From: Eledone cirrhosa
Taxonomy: Eukaryota
Direction of reading: 5' to 3'
Length of the DNA stretch: 64,000 bases
Assembly: GCA_964016885.1 (NCBI GenBank)
Contig: OZ024741.1
Span: 341,868,001-341,932,000 of the forward strand
The notes below the pieces were generated by a model that was given only the letters and a program-made list of their open reading frames with translations, was not told the origin of the DNA and did not search any database. Numbering within the stretch: the stretch's first letter is position 1; every line of letters begins with the position of its first letter. Both the position numbers and the translations under genes were made by a program. Positions 1-13,219 of the stretch are shown here, in pieces.

Positions 1-60
1 CCGAGTGCATTCTGTAAAGATGTGGTAATCAGAGCCAAACATCCGAATTATTACGCCACA

Positions 61-895
61 CGCCTTCACACAACAGTGGTACATGAAGACCAACACATAC
101 ACACACACACATATTACACATACACACACACAACAGTGGTACATGAAGATCAACATATATACACACACAGATATTACACATACACACACAAACATATATT
201 ACACACACACACCTTCACACAACAGTGGTATATAAAGGAGTGTAACCAAGGCTGGGGCTTCTATTAAGACCAACATATATATATATATATATATATATAA
301 ATACACACACTTATACACATACACACGCACAAACAGACATTACAACACCACACATACAAACACACAAGCACACAAATAAACACACGCATATATACACACA
401 CACACACCACTCGTGTTCTGCAATGAAAGGATTTGAAACTTTAATACTGCCTTTGAAGTGTACCCACACGCACACACACACACTCATGCTCTCCTATGAA
501 GGCTTTCAAACTGATACTGTCTTTGAAGTGTACGCACACACACACACTAACACTCACTCACACACACACACACACTAACACTCACTCACACACACACACT
601 AACACTCACAGACACACTCACTCACACACACAAACAAACACTCCCTCACACACACACAAACTCTCACACACACACACAAACACTCACACACAAACACTCA
701 CTCACACACACACTAACACTCACTCACACACACACACAGTCACACAAACAAACACTCACACTCACACACACACTCACTAACACTCACTCACACACACACA
801 AACACTCACTCACACACACACACACTAACACTCACTCACACACACACACACTAACACTCACTCACTCACACACACACACACTCAGACAGACACAC

Positions 896-964
<69 letters not shown>

Positions 965-1022
965 TAACACTCACTCACACGCACGCACACAAACACTCAC
1001 TCACACATATATATATATATAT
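61..1022. repeat. (CA)n/(CACT)n compound microsatellite with a few ~60-bp duplicated units
   Basis: Direct reading; ORFs here are THTH low-complexity artefacts. Confidence 0.9.
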
Positions 1023-1202
1023 ATTAACGAGCAGCTACTAAATTACTCACAATGAAATGATTTGCCCAGTTTGCATTAATAAATTGATAGGTATATATTA
1101 CATATGTGTGTGTGTGTGTGTGTGTGTATACATATATGTTTATATATATATGTGTTTATATACATATATATATATATATATATACACATGTGTGTATAAA
1201 TA

Positions 1203-4200
1203 CTTCCATTCTCACCGCAGCCATATACAGGTTGTATGTCACCTGCATTCATAGTGTTATGCTGCATGGCTCTGAAGCATGGGCAGTGACTGCAGAGGAT
1301 TTGCACAGGTGGGAGAGAAATGAAGCAAACATGCTTTGATGGTTGTGACCAGTTGTAGTGTGCAGAAGAGAAGATTGTGTTGATATGGATATGTGATGTG
1401 TATAAAGGATGACAGCTGCATAAAAAGGTGCAGTGCTTTCAAAATTGATAGAAGCTATAGAGTAGGAAGAGCAAAGAAGACTTGGGATGAAGTGATAGAA
1501 GCTATAGAGTAGGAAGAGCAAAGAAGACTTGGGATGAAATGATAGAAGCTATAGAGTAGGAAGAGCAAAGAAGACTTGGGATGAAGTGATAGAAGCTATA
1601 GAGTAGGAAGAGCAAAGAAGACTTGGGATGAAGTGATAGGAGCTATAGAGTAGGAAGAGCAAAGAAGACTTGGGATGAAATGATAGAAGCTATAGAGTAG
1701 GAAGAGCAAAGAAGACTTGGGATGAAGTGATAGGAGCTATAGAGTAGGAAGAGCAAAGAAGACTTGGGATGAAATGATAGAAGCTATAGAGTAGGAAGAG
1801 CAAAGAACACTTGGGATGAAGTGATAGGAGCTATAGAGTAGGAAGAGCAAAGAAGACTTGGGATGAAATGATAGAAGCTATAGAGTAGGAAGAGCAAAGA
1901 AGACTTGGGATGAAGTGATAGAAGCTATAGAGTAGGAAGAGCAAAGAAGACTTGGGATGAAATGATAGAAGCTATAGAGTAGGAAGAGCAAAGAAGACTT
2001 GGGATGAAGTGATAGGAGCTATAGAGTAGGAAGAGCAAAGAAGACTTGGGATGAAATGATAGAAGCTATAGAGTAGGAAGAGCAAAGAAGACTTGGGATG
2101 AAGTGATAGAAGCTATAGAGTAGGAAGAGCAAAGAAGACTTGGGATGAAATGATAGAAGCTATAGAGTAGGAAGAGCAAAGAAGACTTGGGATGAAGTGA
2201 TAGAAGCTATAGAGTAGGAAGAGCAAAGAAGACTTGGGATGAAGTGATAGAAGCTATAGAGTAGGAAGAGCAAAGAAGACTTGGGATGAAGTGATAGAAG
2301 CTATAGAGTAGGAAGAGCAAAGAAGACTTGGGATGAAATGATAGAAGCTATAGAGTAGGAAGAGCAAAGAAGACTTGGGATGAAGTGATAGGAGCTATAG
2401 AGTAGGAAGAGCAAAGAAGACTTGGGATGAAATGATAGAAGCTATAGAGTAGGAAGAGCAAAGAAGACTTGGGATGAAGTGATAGAAGCTATAGAGTAGG
2501 AAGAGCAAAGAAGACTTGGGATGAAATGATAGAAGCTATAGAGTAGGAAGAGCAAAGAAGACTTGGGATGAAGTGATAGAAGCTATAGAGTAGGAAGAGC
2601 AAAGAAGACTTGGGATGAAGTGATAGAAGCTATAGAGTAGGAAGAGCAAAGAAGACTTGGGATGAAATGATAGAAGCTATAGAGTAGGAAGAGCAAAGAA
2701 GACTTGGGATGAAGTGATAGAAGCTATAGAGTAGGAAGAGCAAAGAAGACTTGGGATGAAGTGATAGAAGCTATAGAGTAGGAAGAGCAAAGAAGACTTG
2801 GGATGAAATGATAGAAGCTATAGAGTAGGAAGAGCAAAGAAGACTTGGGATGAAGTGATAGAAGCTATAGAGTAGGAAGAGCAAAGAAGACTTGGGATGA
2901 AATGATAGAAGCTATAGAGTAGGAAGAGCAAAGAAGACTTGGGATGAAGTGATAGAAGCTATAGAGTAGGAAGAGCAAAGAAGACTTGGGATGAAGTGAT
3001 AGAAGCTATAGAGTAGGAAGAGCAAAGAAGACTTGGGATGAAGTGATAGGAGCTATAGAGTAGGAAGAGCAAAGAAGACTTGGGATAACGTGATAGAAGC
3101 TATAGAGTAGGAAGAGCAAAGAAGACTTGGGATGAAGTGATAGAAGCTATAGAGTAGGAAGAGCAAAGAAGACTTGGGATGAAATGATAGAAGCTATAGA
3201 GTAGGAAGAGCAAAGAAGACTTGGGATAACGTGATAGAAGCTATAGAGTAGGAAGAGCAAAGAAGACTTGGGATGAAGTGATAGAAGCTATAGAGTAGGA
3301 AGAGCAAAGAAGACTTGGGATGAAATGATAGAAGCTATAGAGTAGGAAGAGCAAAGAAGACTTGGGATGAAATGATAGAAGCTATAGAGTAGGAAGAGCA
3401 AAGAAGACTTGGGATGAAGTGATAGAAGCTATAGAGTAGGAAGAGCAAAGAAGACTTGGGATGAAGTGATAGAAGCTATAGAGTAGGAAGAGCAAAGAAG
3501 ACTTGGGATGAAGTGATAGGAGCTATAGAGTAGGAAGAGCAAAGAAGACTTGGGATGAAATGATAGAAGCTATAGAGTAGGAAGAGCAAAGAACACTTGG
3601 GATGAAGTGATAGGAGCTATAGAGTAGGAAGAGCAAAGAAGACTTGGGATGAAATGATAGAAGCTATAGAGTAGGAAGAGCAAAGAAGACTTGGGATGAA
3701 GTGATAGAAGCTATAGAGTAGGAAGAGCAAAGAAGACTTGGGATGAAATGATAGAAGCTATAGAGTAGGAAGAGCAAAGAAGACTTGGGATGAAGTGATA
3801 GGAGCTATAGAGTAGGAAGAGCAAAGAAGACTTGGGATGAAATGATAGAAGCTATAGAGTAGGAAGAGCAAAGAAGACTTGGGATGAAGTGATAGAAGCT
3901 ATAGAGTAGGAAGAGCAAAGAAGACTTGGGATGAAATGATAGAAGCTATAGAGTAGGAAGAGCAAAGAAGACTTGGGATGAAGTGATAGAAGCTATAGAG
4001 TAGGAAGAGCAAAGAAGACTTGGGATGAAGTGATAGAAGCTATAGAGTAGGAAGAGCAAAGAAGACTTGGGATGAAGTGATAGAAGCTATAGAGTAGGAA
4101 GAGCAAAGAAGACTTGGGATGAAATGATAGAAGCTATAGAGTAGGAAGAGCAAAGAAGACTTGGGATGAAGTGATAGGAGCTATAGAGTAGGAAGAGCAA

Positions 4201-5440
4201 AGAAGACTTGGGATGAAATGATAGAAGCTATAGAGTAGGAAGAGCAAAGAAGACTTGGGATGAAGTGATAGAAGCTATAGAGTAGGAAGAGCAAAGAAGA
4301 CTTGGGATGAAATGATAGAAGCTATAGAGTAGGAAGAGCAAAGAAGACTTGGGATGAAGTGATAGAAGCTATAGAGTAGGAAGAGCAAAGAAGACTTGGG
4401 ATGAAGTGATAGAAGCTATAGAGTAGGAAGAGCAAAGAAGACTTGGGATGAAATGATAGAAGCTATAGAGTAGGAAGAGCAAAGAAGACTTGGGATGAAG
4501 TGATAGAAGCTATAGAGTAGGAAGAGCAAAGAAGACTTGGGATGAAGTGATAGAAGCTATAGAGTAGGAAGAGCAAAGAAGACTTGGGATGAAGTGATAG
4601 GAGCTATAGAGTAGGAAGAGCAAAGAAGACTTGGGATGAAATGATAGAAGCTATAGAGTAGGAAGAGCAAAGAAGACTTGGGATGAAGTGATAGTAGCTA
4701 TAGAGTAGGAAGAGCAAAGAAGACTTGGGATGAAGTGATAGAAGCTATAGAGTAGGAAGAGCAAAGAAGACTTGGGATGAAATGATAGAAGCTATAGAGT
4801 AGGAAGAGCAAAGAAGACTTGGGATGAAATGATAGAAGCTATAGGGTAGGAAGAGCAAAGAAGACTTGGGATGAAGTGATAGAAGCTGACCTTGTACAAT
4901 AGTAAGGCAATGACACAGCACAGAATCAAGATCTCTGAGATTATGCAGTAATACTGAAGACCCGCCTTCCCATAAGCACAGGTTGAAACATACATCTAGC
5001 ATGCACCACCTTTCCCTCAATCCTCCCTACCCTCCAACGTCCTAACACTTCACCCACATCCTAACACCCCACCTCCCTCACACATGCACCTATATCTACC
5101 TCACCAATCCTCACGCACATCCCCCACCCAAGGTTCAAGCTCACACTTTAAAGTGATAGTTTTGGTGCCACAACTAAAAGAAGTCAGCCCACACTGTAAA
5201 GTGATTGTGTAGGTGTCACAATAAAATGTGCCAAGTCCACACCATTAAGTGGTTGTGTAGGTGTCAGAACAAAAAGCACCCAGTACACACTATAAATGTG
5301 GTTGGCATTAGGAAGGGCATCCAGCCATAGAAACCAAGCCAGAAACAGTTCTGTATGAGCAAGACACGATCACCTCACCTGACCTACCTCAAATGGGACA
5401 ACCCATCTAATTCCTGCTAGTCATTAAACAATGATGATGA
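1203..5440 (+). mobile_element. Decayed 3' part of RTE-clade LINE (family B, long 3' UTR) split by an internal minisatellite
   Basis: RLYVTCIHSVMLHGSEAWAVTAEDLHRWERNEANML then IDRSYRVGRAKKTWDEVIEAD, matching RTE C-termini at 24684-25121. Resumes at 4888 with gaagacccgcctt, 3' UTR ttaggaagggcatccagc and (ATG)n tail at ~5431-5440. Confidence 0.85.
1446..4887 (+). repeat. 47-bp minisatellite, 73 units (tgatagaagctatagagtaggaagagcaaagaagacttgggatgaag)
   Basis: tgatagaagct at 1446, 1493 and last at 4877; 4877-1446 = 73 x 47. Confidence 0.97.
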
Positions 5441-5566
5441 TATATATATATATATATACACACACATCTATATATGTGTGTGTGTGTGTTTATATAATGA
5501 TAAGATCTAGTGATCTTGATAGTCCACAAAGGAGAAGAAGTAAAACTGAGTATTGATAATAGAGTA

Positions 5567-5614
<48 letters not shown>

Positions 5615-5620
<6 letters not shown>

Positions 5621-5873
5621 CTTGATCACCTTAACCGACCAGTCTGTCGGGTGCCGCTGGTCACAGCACGTCATGCTGTTTTAGCCATAAGATAACGCCA
5701 TCCCACTGGCTGGGTGGGTAGGCCGGTACTCATTTCTACAGCTGAGTAAACTGGAACAACATGAAATAAAGTGTCTTGCTCAAGGAAACAGCACATCACC
5801 CGGTCCGAGAATTGAATTCACAACCTTTCGATTGCAAGTCCAATGCTCTAACTACTAAGCCATGCACCTTCAC
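5615..5873 (-). mobile_element. tRNA-derived SINE with CORE-like domain
   Basis: Minus strand: tggcttagtagttagagc (A-box-like), gtgaattcaattc (B-box-like), ccttgagcaagacacttt...ccagtttactcagctgtagaaatg resembling the MIR/CORE domain. Confidence 0.8.
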
Positions 5874-5989
5874 TATATATATATATAATTATATGTATGT
5901 GTGAGTCATGGGTTCAATCAGGGGTAACCATAGTAAGTAAGGTACTCAATACATTAATATAGTGTATACAACAAATTTAAAATAGAAAT

Positions 5990-6040
5990 GGCTTCTACAG
6001 GACTCAAACTGTTTCATTCAAAGAAATCATCAGGAAAGCC
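5990..6040 (-). ncRNA. Putative type-I hammerhead ribozyme inside a fold-back (5970-6105)
   Basis: GGCUUUC-CUGAUGA-U UUC uuu GAA U-GAAACAG uuugaguc CUGUA/GAAGCC: stem III ACAG/CUGU, GUA triplet, stem I with one bulge. Confidence 0.6.
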
Positions 6041-6106
6041 CTGATGATTTCCTTCAAATGAAACAGTTCTAGTCCTGTAGAAGCCATTTCTATATTAAAT
6101 TTGTTA

Positions 6107-6140
<34 letters not shown>

Positions 6141-6143
<3 letters not shown>

Positions 6144-6890
6144 AGCGACGTCTGTCCACGCCTTGAACCTTGGGTGACACCTGAAGGTCAAACTCTAGGT
6201 CACCACCCTTTTGGTGTGAACAAGTTCATGCGTGGGCTATCAACTCAAGGTGGGAGACAGAAAGTGACAGGTATGTAAAGCCTGTATCATCCCACGTTTA
6301 AACAGAGAGATCGGAGCATTACGCTAGCAACAAACTATGTAAAGATACACCGCTACCTTCAGGCCCCAGAGGTCTACAGACATACAGACAGATTGAATCA
6401 GTACGCCAGCAACAAACTATGTAAAGATTAACCGCTATCTGCAGGCCACAATGGTCTACTGTCAACTACAGACCATTCAGAGGTCTACAGACCATTACTT
6501 TCTCTCTCTCCTGGTCGCAGACTACACCAGCCTCATGAACCAACAACAAAAATAACATTGTCAACCTTCGAAACTCATGGTAATATGTTTATTGTTCTTT
6601 TTGACTCAAGTGAAGTAAACCTTTATCTATAAACTAAATCATTTATTCTTGTTATTTCATCTAACAATCATGTTAAATCATTCTAACAATTTCTTAAAAA
6701 TACCCTTCGTTAAATATATATATATTCTTTATATATTCAGTGTCTGACAACAAAGTTATAATTCTTCTCCATAGTAAACTGGTTATTCATTGAGCTTCTT
6801 CAGTAAAGTATATATATATGAAATTATAAAAAAAACATCAATGGTGATGTTAAAATATATGTATAATTGATTATCTTGTTCAACTCTACA
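6141..6890. mobile_element. Probable solo LTR
   Basis: 750-bp non-coding block bounded by TGTAG...CTACA, internal direct repeats, microsatellite flanks; target-site duplication not clear. Confidence 0.45.
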
Positions 6891-7091
6891 TATAAAGGTC
6901 TGTAATCAGATAATGTTTATAACCAGTAAAACATATACCAATGCATGTCTTACATTAACTATAGTATGATTTATGTTTGTGTGTGTGTTACATTCATCCT
7001 CTTATATATAAATGTTAATAGATATCTGTTTGTATGAAGCCAAATTTTCTGAAATACATTATACATATATGTATATACATATATATATATA

Positions 7092-8523
7092 TCATCATCA
7101 TCATTTTACGTCCGCTTTTCCCTGCTTGCAAGGGTGGGACGGGTCTTATTCAGCACAGCATCTCTCCACTTGTCACGGTCCTTCGTCATCTCCACCGTGA
7201 GCTTCAATGATCTGAGGTCTGTTCTCACCACCTCCGTCCATGTTTTTCGTGGTCTACCTCTACCACATCTTCCTTCAACTGGCATTTCCTGGCACTTCTT
7301 CAGCCATCGGTCATCCTCCATGCGCATCACATGTCCATACCACCTCAGTCTCCTCTTCCGTACACTACATTCTATCCCTCTCAGACACAGTTTCTCTCTC
7401 AACACATTTATGCTGGGTCGTTCACGCACATTTACACTGCACATCCAACGGAGCATGCTTGCCTCATTTCTCTCCAGCCGTCACATATCCTCTGCAGTTG
7501 CTGCCCATGTCTCACTACCATGCAGCATCGCGCTCCTCACACAGGCATCATACAACCGGCCTTTCGTACGCAGGGAGAAACCCTTCTTCGTCAACAGAGG
7601 AAGCAGCTCCCTAAACTTCTTCCAACCCGTCCTTATTCTAGATACTATGGCCTCAGAACACCCTCCTCCCATGCTAATCTGATCTCCTAGGTACCGGAAG
7701 CTATCCACCACTTCTATAGCGCCCTCCTGCATTTGAAAAATGTGTCTATCAATGCGACTTCTACTGTCTAATTTCCCTGTACATCTACTGCATACATATT
7801 TCTCCCTACCTGTTAGTTTGCCTGCTATCCCACTACATCTCTTGTGTACCCAGGATCTGCATTGTGTGCATTTTATAGAATTTATGCCAGTTCCTTTTCT
7901 GCATATTGAACATGGCCATTTCCCTGACGGAATCAGAGTTTTGTCCTCTTTTCTACTCATCAACACTTTTGTCTTAGCTAGGTTCACTCTCAGTCCTCTT
8001 GCTTCCAACTGCTGTTTCCATAGACAGAATTTATTCTCTAGCTCCTCTACTGATTCTGCTATAAGAACCAGATCATCAGCATAGAGAAGTTCCCATGGAC
8101 AGCCAGTCTTAAACTCCTCTGTTATGGCTTGGAGGACTATAATGAACAAGAGCGGGCTGAGGACCGAACCTTGATGTACTCCTACTTGTATCTGGAATTC
8201 CTCACTAAACTCCATTCCTACCCTGACTTTACTGAGAGTACCTCTGTACAAAGTTTGCACTGTCCTCACAAGCCATTCCTCAACACCTAGCTTCCTTAGG
8301 GACCACCAGATGACAGATCGTTGTACCCTATCAAAGGCCTTCTCTAGGTCAACAAAGGCTAAGTATAGTGGCTTATTTTTCTCCAAGAACCTCTCTTGCA
8401 ATTGTCTCACCAAGAAGAGGGCATCTGTTGTACTCTTCCCAGGCACAAAACCAAACTGCATCTCATCTAGTTTGAACCTTTCTCTAATTAGTTGTGCTAA
8501 TATCCTTTCTGCCACTTTCATAA

Positions 8524-8525
<2 letters not shown>
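7092..8525 (-). mobile_element. 5'-truncated RTE LINE (family A), RT pseudogene with one CGA>TGA stop at 7481-7483
   Basis: QFGFVPGKSTTDA, AFVDLEKAFDRV, GVHQGSVLSPLLF, LLYADDL, CCHC-like insert, RLRWYGHV, GRPRKTW; stop followed directly by (ATG)n tail. Confidence 0.95.
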
Positions 8526-8567
<42 letters not shown>

Positions 8568-8615
8568 ATGAAATAACAGGAGGCTGGACTTGTGTAAATC
8601 CTTGAAAGGTTTATT

Positions 8616-8672
8616 ATACTATTATATTTCAATGACCGGGTTCCGTATGAATGCGGTGATATCATCAGGTAT
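8616..8672 (-). ncRNA. Putative minimal type-I hammerhead ribozyme in ~180-bp element between TA tracts
   Basis: AUAC-CUGAUGA-U AUCACCG..CGGUCAU U-GAAAU aua AUA/GUAU. Confidence 0.6.
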
Positions 8673-9216
8673 TCGAAATATAATAAGTGAATGTAATAGA
8701 TAAAATCCATGGGGCTGAAAATCAAAGACCTGAGGACGACTATATATATATATATATACATATATATGAGAGAGAGGGGGAGGGGGGTGAGAGGGGGAGG
8801 GGGTGAGAGGGGGAGGGGGAGAGAGTGTATGTGTGTATATACACACATACACATGTAAAAATAATAATATATTTCTTCATTGTACTGTGTCGTTTGCTTT
8901 GTTATTTTTGTTTGCATTTTGCATACATATATATATATATACATGTACATATATACACATAGATACACACACGTTCGCACACACATGCATACATGCACAT
9001 ACATGCATACATGCTAAGAATATGTGAGTTCAAATCAAATATTCTTTTTATTTGTCCTCCAGCTAAAGGAAATTCTATCTGTAATTTTAATATACACTCA
9101 CTTCCCAGAAGTATGTTTATGTCCCGAGTATATAATATATATTTCAATATATTATTTGCCTTGAGTGTTTTTTATTCAGACTACTCACACACACATGTGT
9201 GTCTGTGTGTGTGTAT

Positions 9217-9610
9217 GTAGAGAAATGAAGTAAGCATGCTCCGTTGGATGTGCAATGTCAATGTCAATGTGCGTGAATGACCAAGCATAGACGAGTTGAG
9301 AGAGAAACTGGGTATAAGAGGGATAGGCTGTAGTGTGCGGGAGAGAAGACTGCGTTGGTATGGATATGTGATGCGCGTGAAGGGTGATCGCTAGGTAAAG
9401 AAGTGTCAAGAAATCCCAGTAGAAGGAAGATGCAGTAGAGGAAGACCACGAAAAACATGGGCGGAAGTGGTGAGAGCTGACCTCAGATCGCTGCGGTTCA
9501 CATAGGAGATGACGAAGGACCGTGACGAATGGAGAGATGATGTACTGAATAGGAACCATCCCACCCTTGCAAGCAGGGAAAAGCGGATGTAAAATGATGA
9601 TGATGATGAT
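9217..9610 (+). mobile_element. RTE family A 3' fragment
   Basis: Homologous to 7092-7470; ends ccacccttgcaagcagggaaaagcggatgtaaaatgatgatg. Confidence 0.9.
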
Positions 9611-9627
9611 GTGTGCATGTGTGTGTG

Positions 9628-9659
<32 letters not shown>

Positions 9660-9665
9660 AATATG

Positions 9666-9709
<44 letters not shown>

Positions 9710-9722
9710 CATATAGTAATAA

Positions 9723-9868
9723 CTAGCAGAATGGCCCGGCGTTGTTCGGGATTTGCTCTAGGGTTCTTATATATTTGATATATATTTATCCTTAGCGAGC
9801 CTCTTGAAATAAATACATTTGTTTATATTTTGTTATTGTGTATGCAAAAATATCTGTACACGAATATA

Positions 9869-9913
<45 letters not shown>

Positions 9914-10495
9914 CAGCACAGAGAAGTACGGAATACCTCGGCCTCGGGATGGTGTCTACATTTTGTGCTTTTAAAAAAAATTTGTTGTAGATTACCAGGG
10001 TTTTTTTCCATACAAAGAAAATCAATACTTTATCGCAAAATAAATACTTTTGTTTGTATTTTGTTATTGTGTATGCAAAAATATCTGTACACGAATATAT
10101 AATTATATATATATATACATATATTAAAATAACAGATTAAAGTTTAAGCAAAGAATCGCTGCTTTCGCCCTTAACAGGATCTTCTGAAACTAAAAAAATC
10201 AATCTGTGAACGCAGAAGTAAATATTTCGAAAAACATTACACACTATATATACATATATACACACACACAGACACACCCCACATCATAATGTCGTAATTA
10301 TAGAGAGAGATCGCTAAATCGCCTAATGCGGTCCCTAGGGCATTGGAAATTTGAAATACCTTTTGCTCAAAACACTCACAGGACCATAAGTATTACACGT
10401 GTAAAGTTTGAAAACAATCAGTTGGGTGGTTCTCGAGTTTTAGTGAGCTGACAGACAGACAGACAGACAGGCATTCTCTGTTTTAGATGTATAGA
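9723..10495 (-). mobile_element. Non-autonomous Helitron
   Basis: Minus strand A|TC start, (CTGT)n near 5' end, 3' hairpin cccgaacaacgccggg followed by CTAG|T. Confidence 0.75.
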
Positions 10496-10644
10496 TAATT
10501 ATGAAGACCAAAATCTGAAGAGGGCTCAATAAGGATTATATCTTTTTTTTTTCTCAGTTTCAGACGATCCAGGAATAGGGTGAAAGCAGCGATTCTTTGC
10601 TTAACATTTAACTTGTATTAATATATATATATATATATATATAT

Positions 10645-10827
10645 ATGAAAAAATTCAGGACCCGACGGCTGAGCTCCGGCGTTTCGACAGCTAATTCTGA
10701 GCTAGTTCGGATCTAGCTGTCAGGGTCCTGAATCTTTTCATATTACCCACTCTACTACCCTATGTATCAGTTACTCTGTACTCTGGTGCATTATGGTCCA
10801 CCTGATATCTTACCACACCATCTTTGT

Positions 10828-10829
<2 letters not shown>
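10645..10829 (+). mobile_element. Diverged solo terminal-repeat fragment of the 25-27 kb Penelope-like family, with small fold-back
   Basis: gacggctgagctc..gtttcgacagctaattct and attacccactctactaccct..ggtgcattatggtcc shared with 27290-27418. Confidence 0.7.
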
Positions 10830-10882
<53 letters not shown>

Positions 10883-11244
10883 CAATTAACCAAACCCTGG
10901 ATTAGATAATTGATTATATCAACCCTAGTACATAACCGATACTTTATTTTATCAACCCTGATAATATAAAAAGTATAGTTGTCCTCAGCTACAAGATTTG
11001 TAGAGCATTTTGTCTCACACAAATTCTTTTTAAGAATTATTCTAAAAAATAACATGAAATAAATAAAACAATAAAATAAAACAAAGAGAGAAATAATGGA
11101 AAAAATTCAAAAGATAATCAAAATTAAATTAAATTAAGAAACTAGTTTTTCTATACTCAGGATCTGTTATTTTCACAAAACTTACACAACTGTTTCAGCT
11201 TTGATTCTTTGTAATAAATTTACTTTGTCATCACAATTAACGTG

Positions 11245-11720
11245 AGCTGGTACCTGACTATTTAGTGCTCTTGGTTAGTGCTACAATGTATACCAGGCAT
11301 TTTGGTGCCCTAGGCTAGCTCTCCAATGTGAGCCTGGATATTTAGTGACCTAGGCTAGCTCTCCAATGTGTGCCTGGATATTTGGTGTCCTAGGCTAGCT
11401 CTCCAATGTGTACATGGATATTTAGTGCCCTAGGCTAGCTCTCCAATGTACACCTGGGTCTTTAGTCCGTAGCTAGCTCAACAATGTGTACCTCAGTATT
11501 TAGTACCCTTAGCTAGACCTACAATGTGTACCAGTCTATTTAGTGCCCTAGACAAACACTGCAAGTGTACCTGGGTATTTAGTGCTCTCCCTACAATGTG
11601 TGTCTGGGTACTTAGTACTCTCAGGTATCCCTACAAAGTGTGCCTGGGTATTTAGCATCCTTATCTATCCTACAATGTGTGCTTGGGTATTTAGTGCCAT
11701 AGGCCAGTTATTCACAATGT
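11245..11720 (+). repeat. Degenerate ~39-bp minisatellite (tatttagtgccctaggctagctctccaatgtgtacctggg)
   Basis: About 12 units; reverse-complement relative at 63300-63750. Confidence 0.85.
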
Positions 11721-12164
11721 TCTCTTAAGTAAAATAATTTCACTTACAATTCAGCAAGTTCATAAAACTAGTTTTTGACACTTCTTATGACCACATTAAG
11801 AAAATTACTAAGCCTACATTTTCCACTTCACTGTCCACATTTATCCATGCCAAATCATGTTTCAGCTCATAACACCATACAAACCTCTCCTCCCACAAAA
11901 TTGACCTCATATTTCTAACATAGACAAAAGACTAGAAATTTGGCAGGAGCAGCTCGTCTTTCATATCATCACTGGTACAATATTTCATCAACCATGGAAG
12001 AATGAAAAATAAGATTGACTTTGGCATCATTTGAACACAGAACATAAAGAGTTGTTACAAAAAGCCAGAAGATATTATATCTAATACACAAACAATTTTG
12101 TAGGTACTATGTTTCGTGTGGGTATTGATTTTATGATGGTAAACTGACAAGTTCAATTCCTAGA

Positions 12165-12612
12165 GTGCTAACTACTAAAGGCCAGATGTGTATTTTCACT
12201 GCTCAGCTAAGGTGACACTGACCAACTGACTGCTAAGGACCAGAAGTGTGTTTTCACTGCTCAGCTAGGGTGAAACTGAATAACAGACTGCTGAGAGTCA
12301 AAAGTGTGTCTTTACTGCTCACCTAATATGAAACTGACTGACTGCTGAGAGTCCGTGGTGTGTTTTCACTGCTCAGCTAAGGTGACACTGACCAACTGAC
12401 TGCTGAGGACCAGAAGTGTGTTTTCACTGCTCAGCAAAGGTGACACTGACCAACTGACTGCTAAGGACCAGAAGTGTGTTTTCACTGCTCAGCTAGGGTG
12501 AAACTGAATAACAGACTGCTGAGAGCCAGAGGTGTGCTTTTACTGCTCAGCTAAGATGACACTGACCAAGTGACTGCTGAGAATCAGAGATGTGTTTCAC
12601 TGCTCAGCTAAG
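12165..12612 (+). repeat. ~58-60-bp tandem repeat (ttttcactgctcagctaaggtgacactgaccaactgactgct...)
   Basis: 7-8 recognisable units. Confidence 0.85.
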
Positions 12613-13219
12613 ATACATTCCCTTTTCCTTTCTGTCTTCATGCATTGGCTATGACTGTATTACCAGCCTACCTCTGGTATTGAATTTATTAAATTTACAC
12701 AGGTAGAAGTGCAAGTTGAAGTAGTAGCGTTCATAGCTTTTTTTTTTTCTATGTGAATTAGTTGAATAACTTAATGACTGACTGAAGTTTCTAGTAACTA
12801 GAGTTGTTGTTGATCCAATTTTTTACTGCCACCTATAGTTATTTCACTTCAAATTACATAATGATGCACACACACACACAAACAAATGCACACACAATGG
12901 TACACACACACGCACACACAGGAGTGGATCAAGCTGACATGGGGCTTCTAGCTGAAAATTTCAACTAGAAATATTTTATTGGTGGCAGTATAAAAATTAA
13001 TTTTGGGTCATTTAAATACTGTGAGGACCCTCGCTACAGCCAGACCAACATTCTCACCTAAATCCAACACTACACACACACATCCTTGGCTAGGCATGAA
13101 GGCCAGAACTGTTAAATATTTCACCTCTGTATAAATAACTGAGACATCTTGTAACTGTTAGCAGTCATCAATACCTTTTCTAGACACACACACACGTGTC
13201 AAGAATATATATATATATT

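Noticed and set aside
1446-4887. CRISPR-like regular array
   Set aside because: Contiguous 47-bp units with no unique spacers; eukaryotic LINE-derived minisatellite
10125-10620. Hammerhead in the inverted pair 10125-10200 / 10550-10620
   Set aside because: Core reads CAGANGA and no NUH triplet or stem I could be formed
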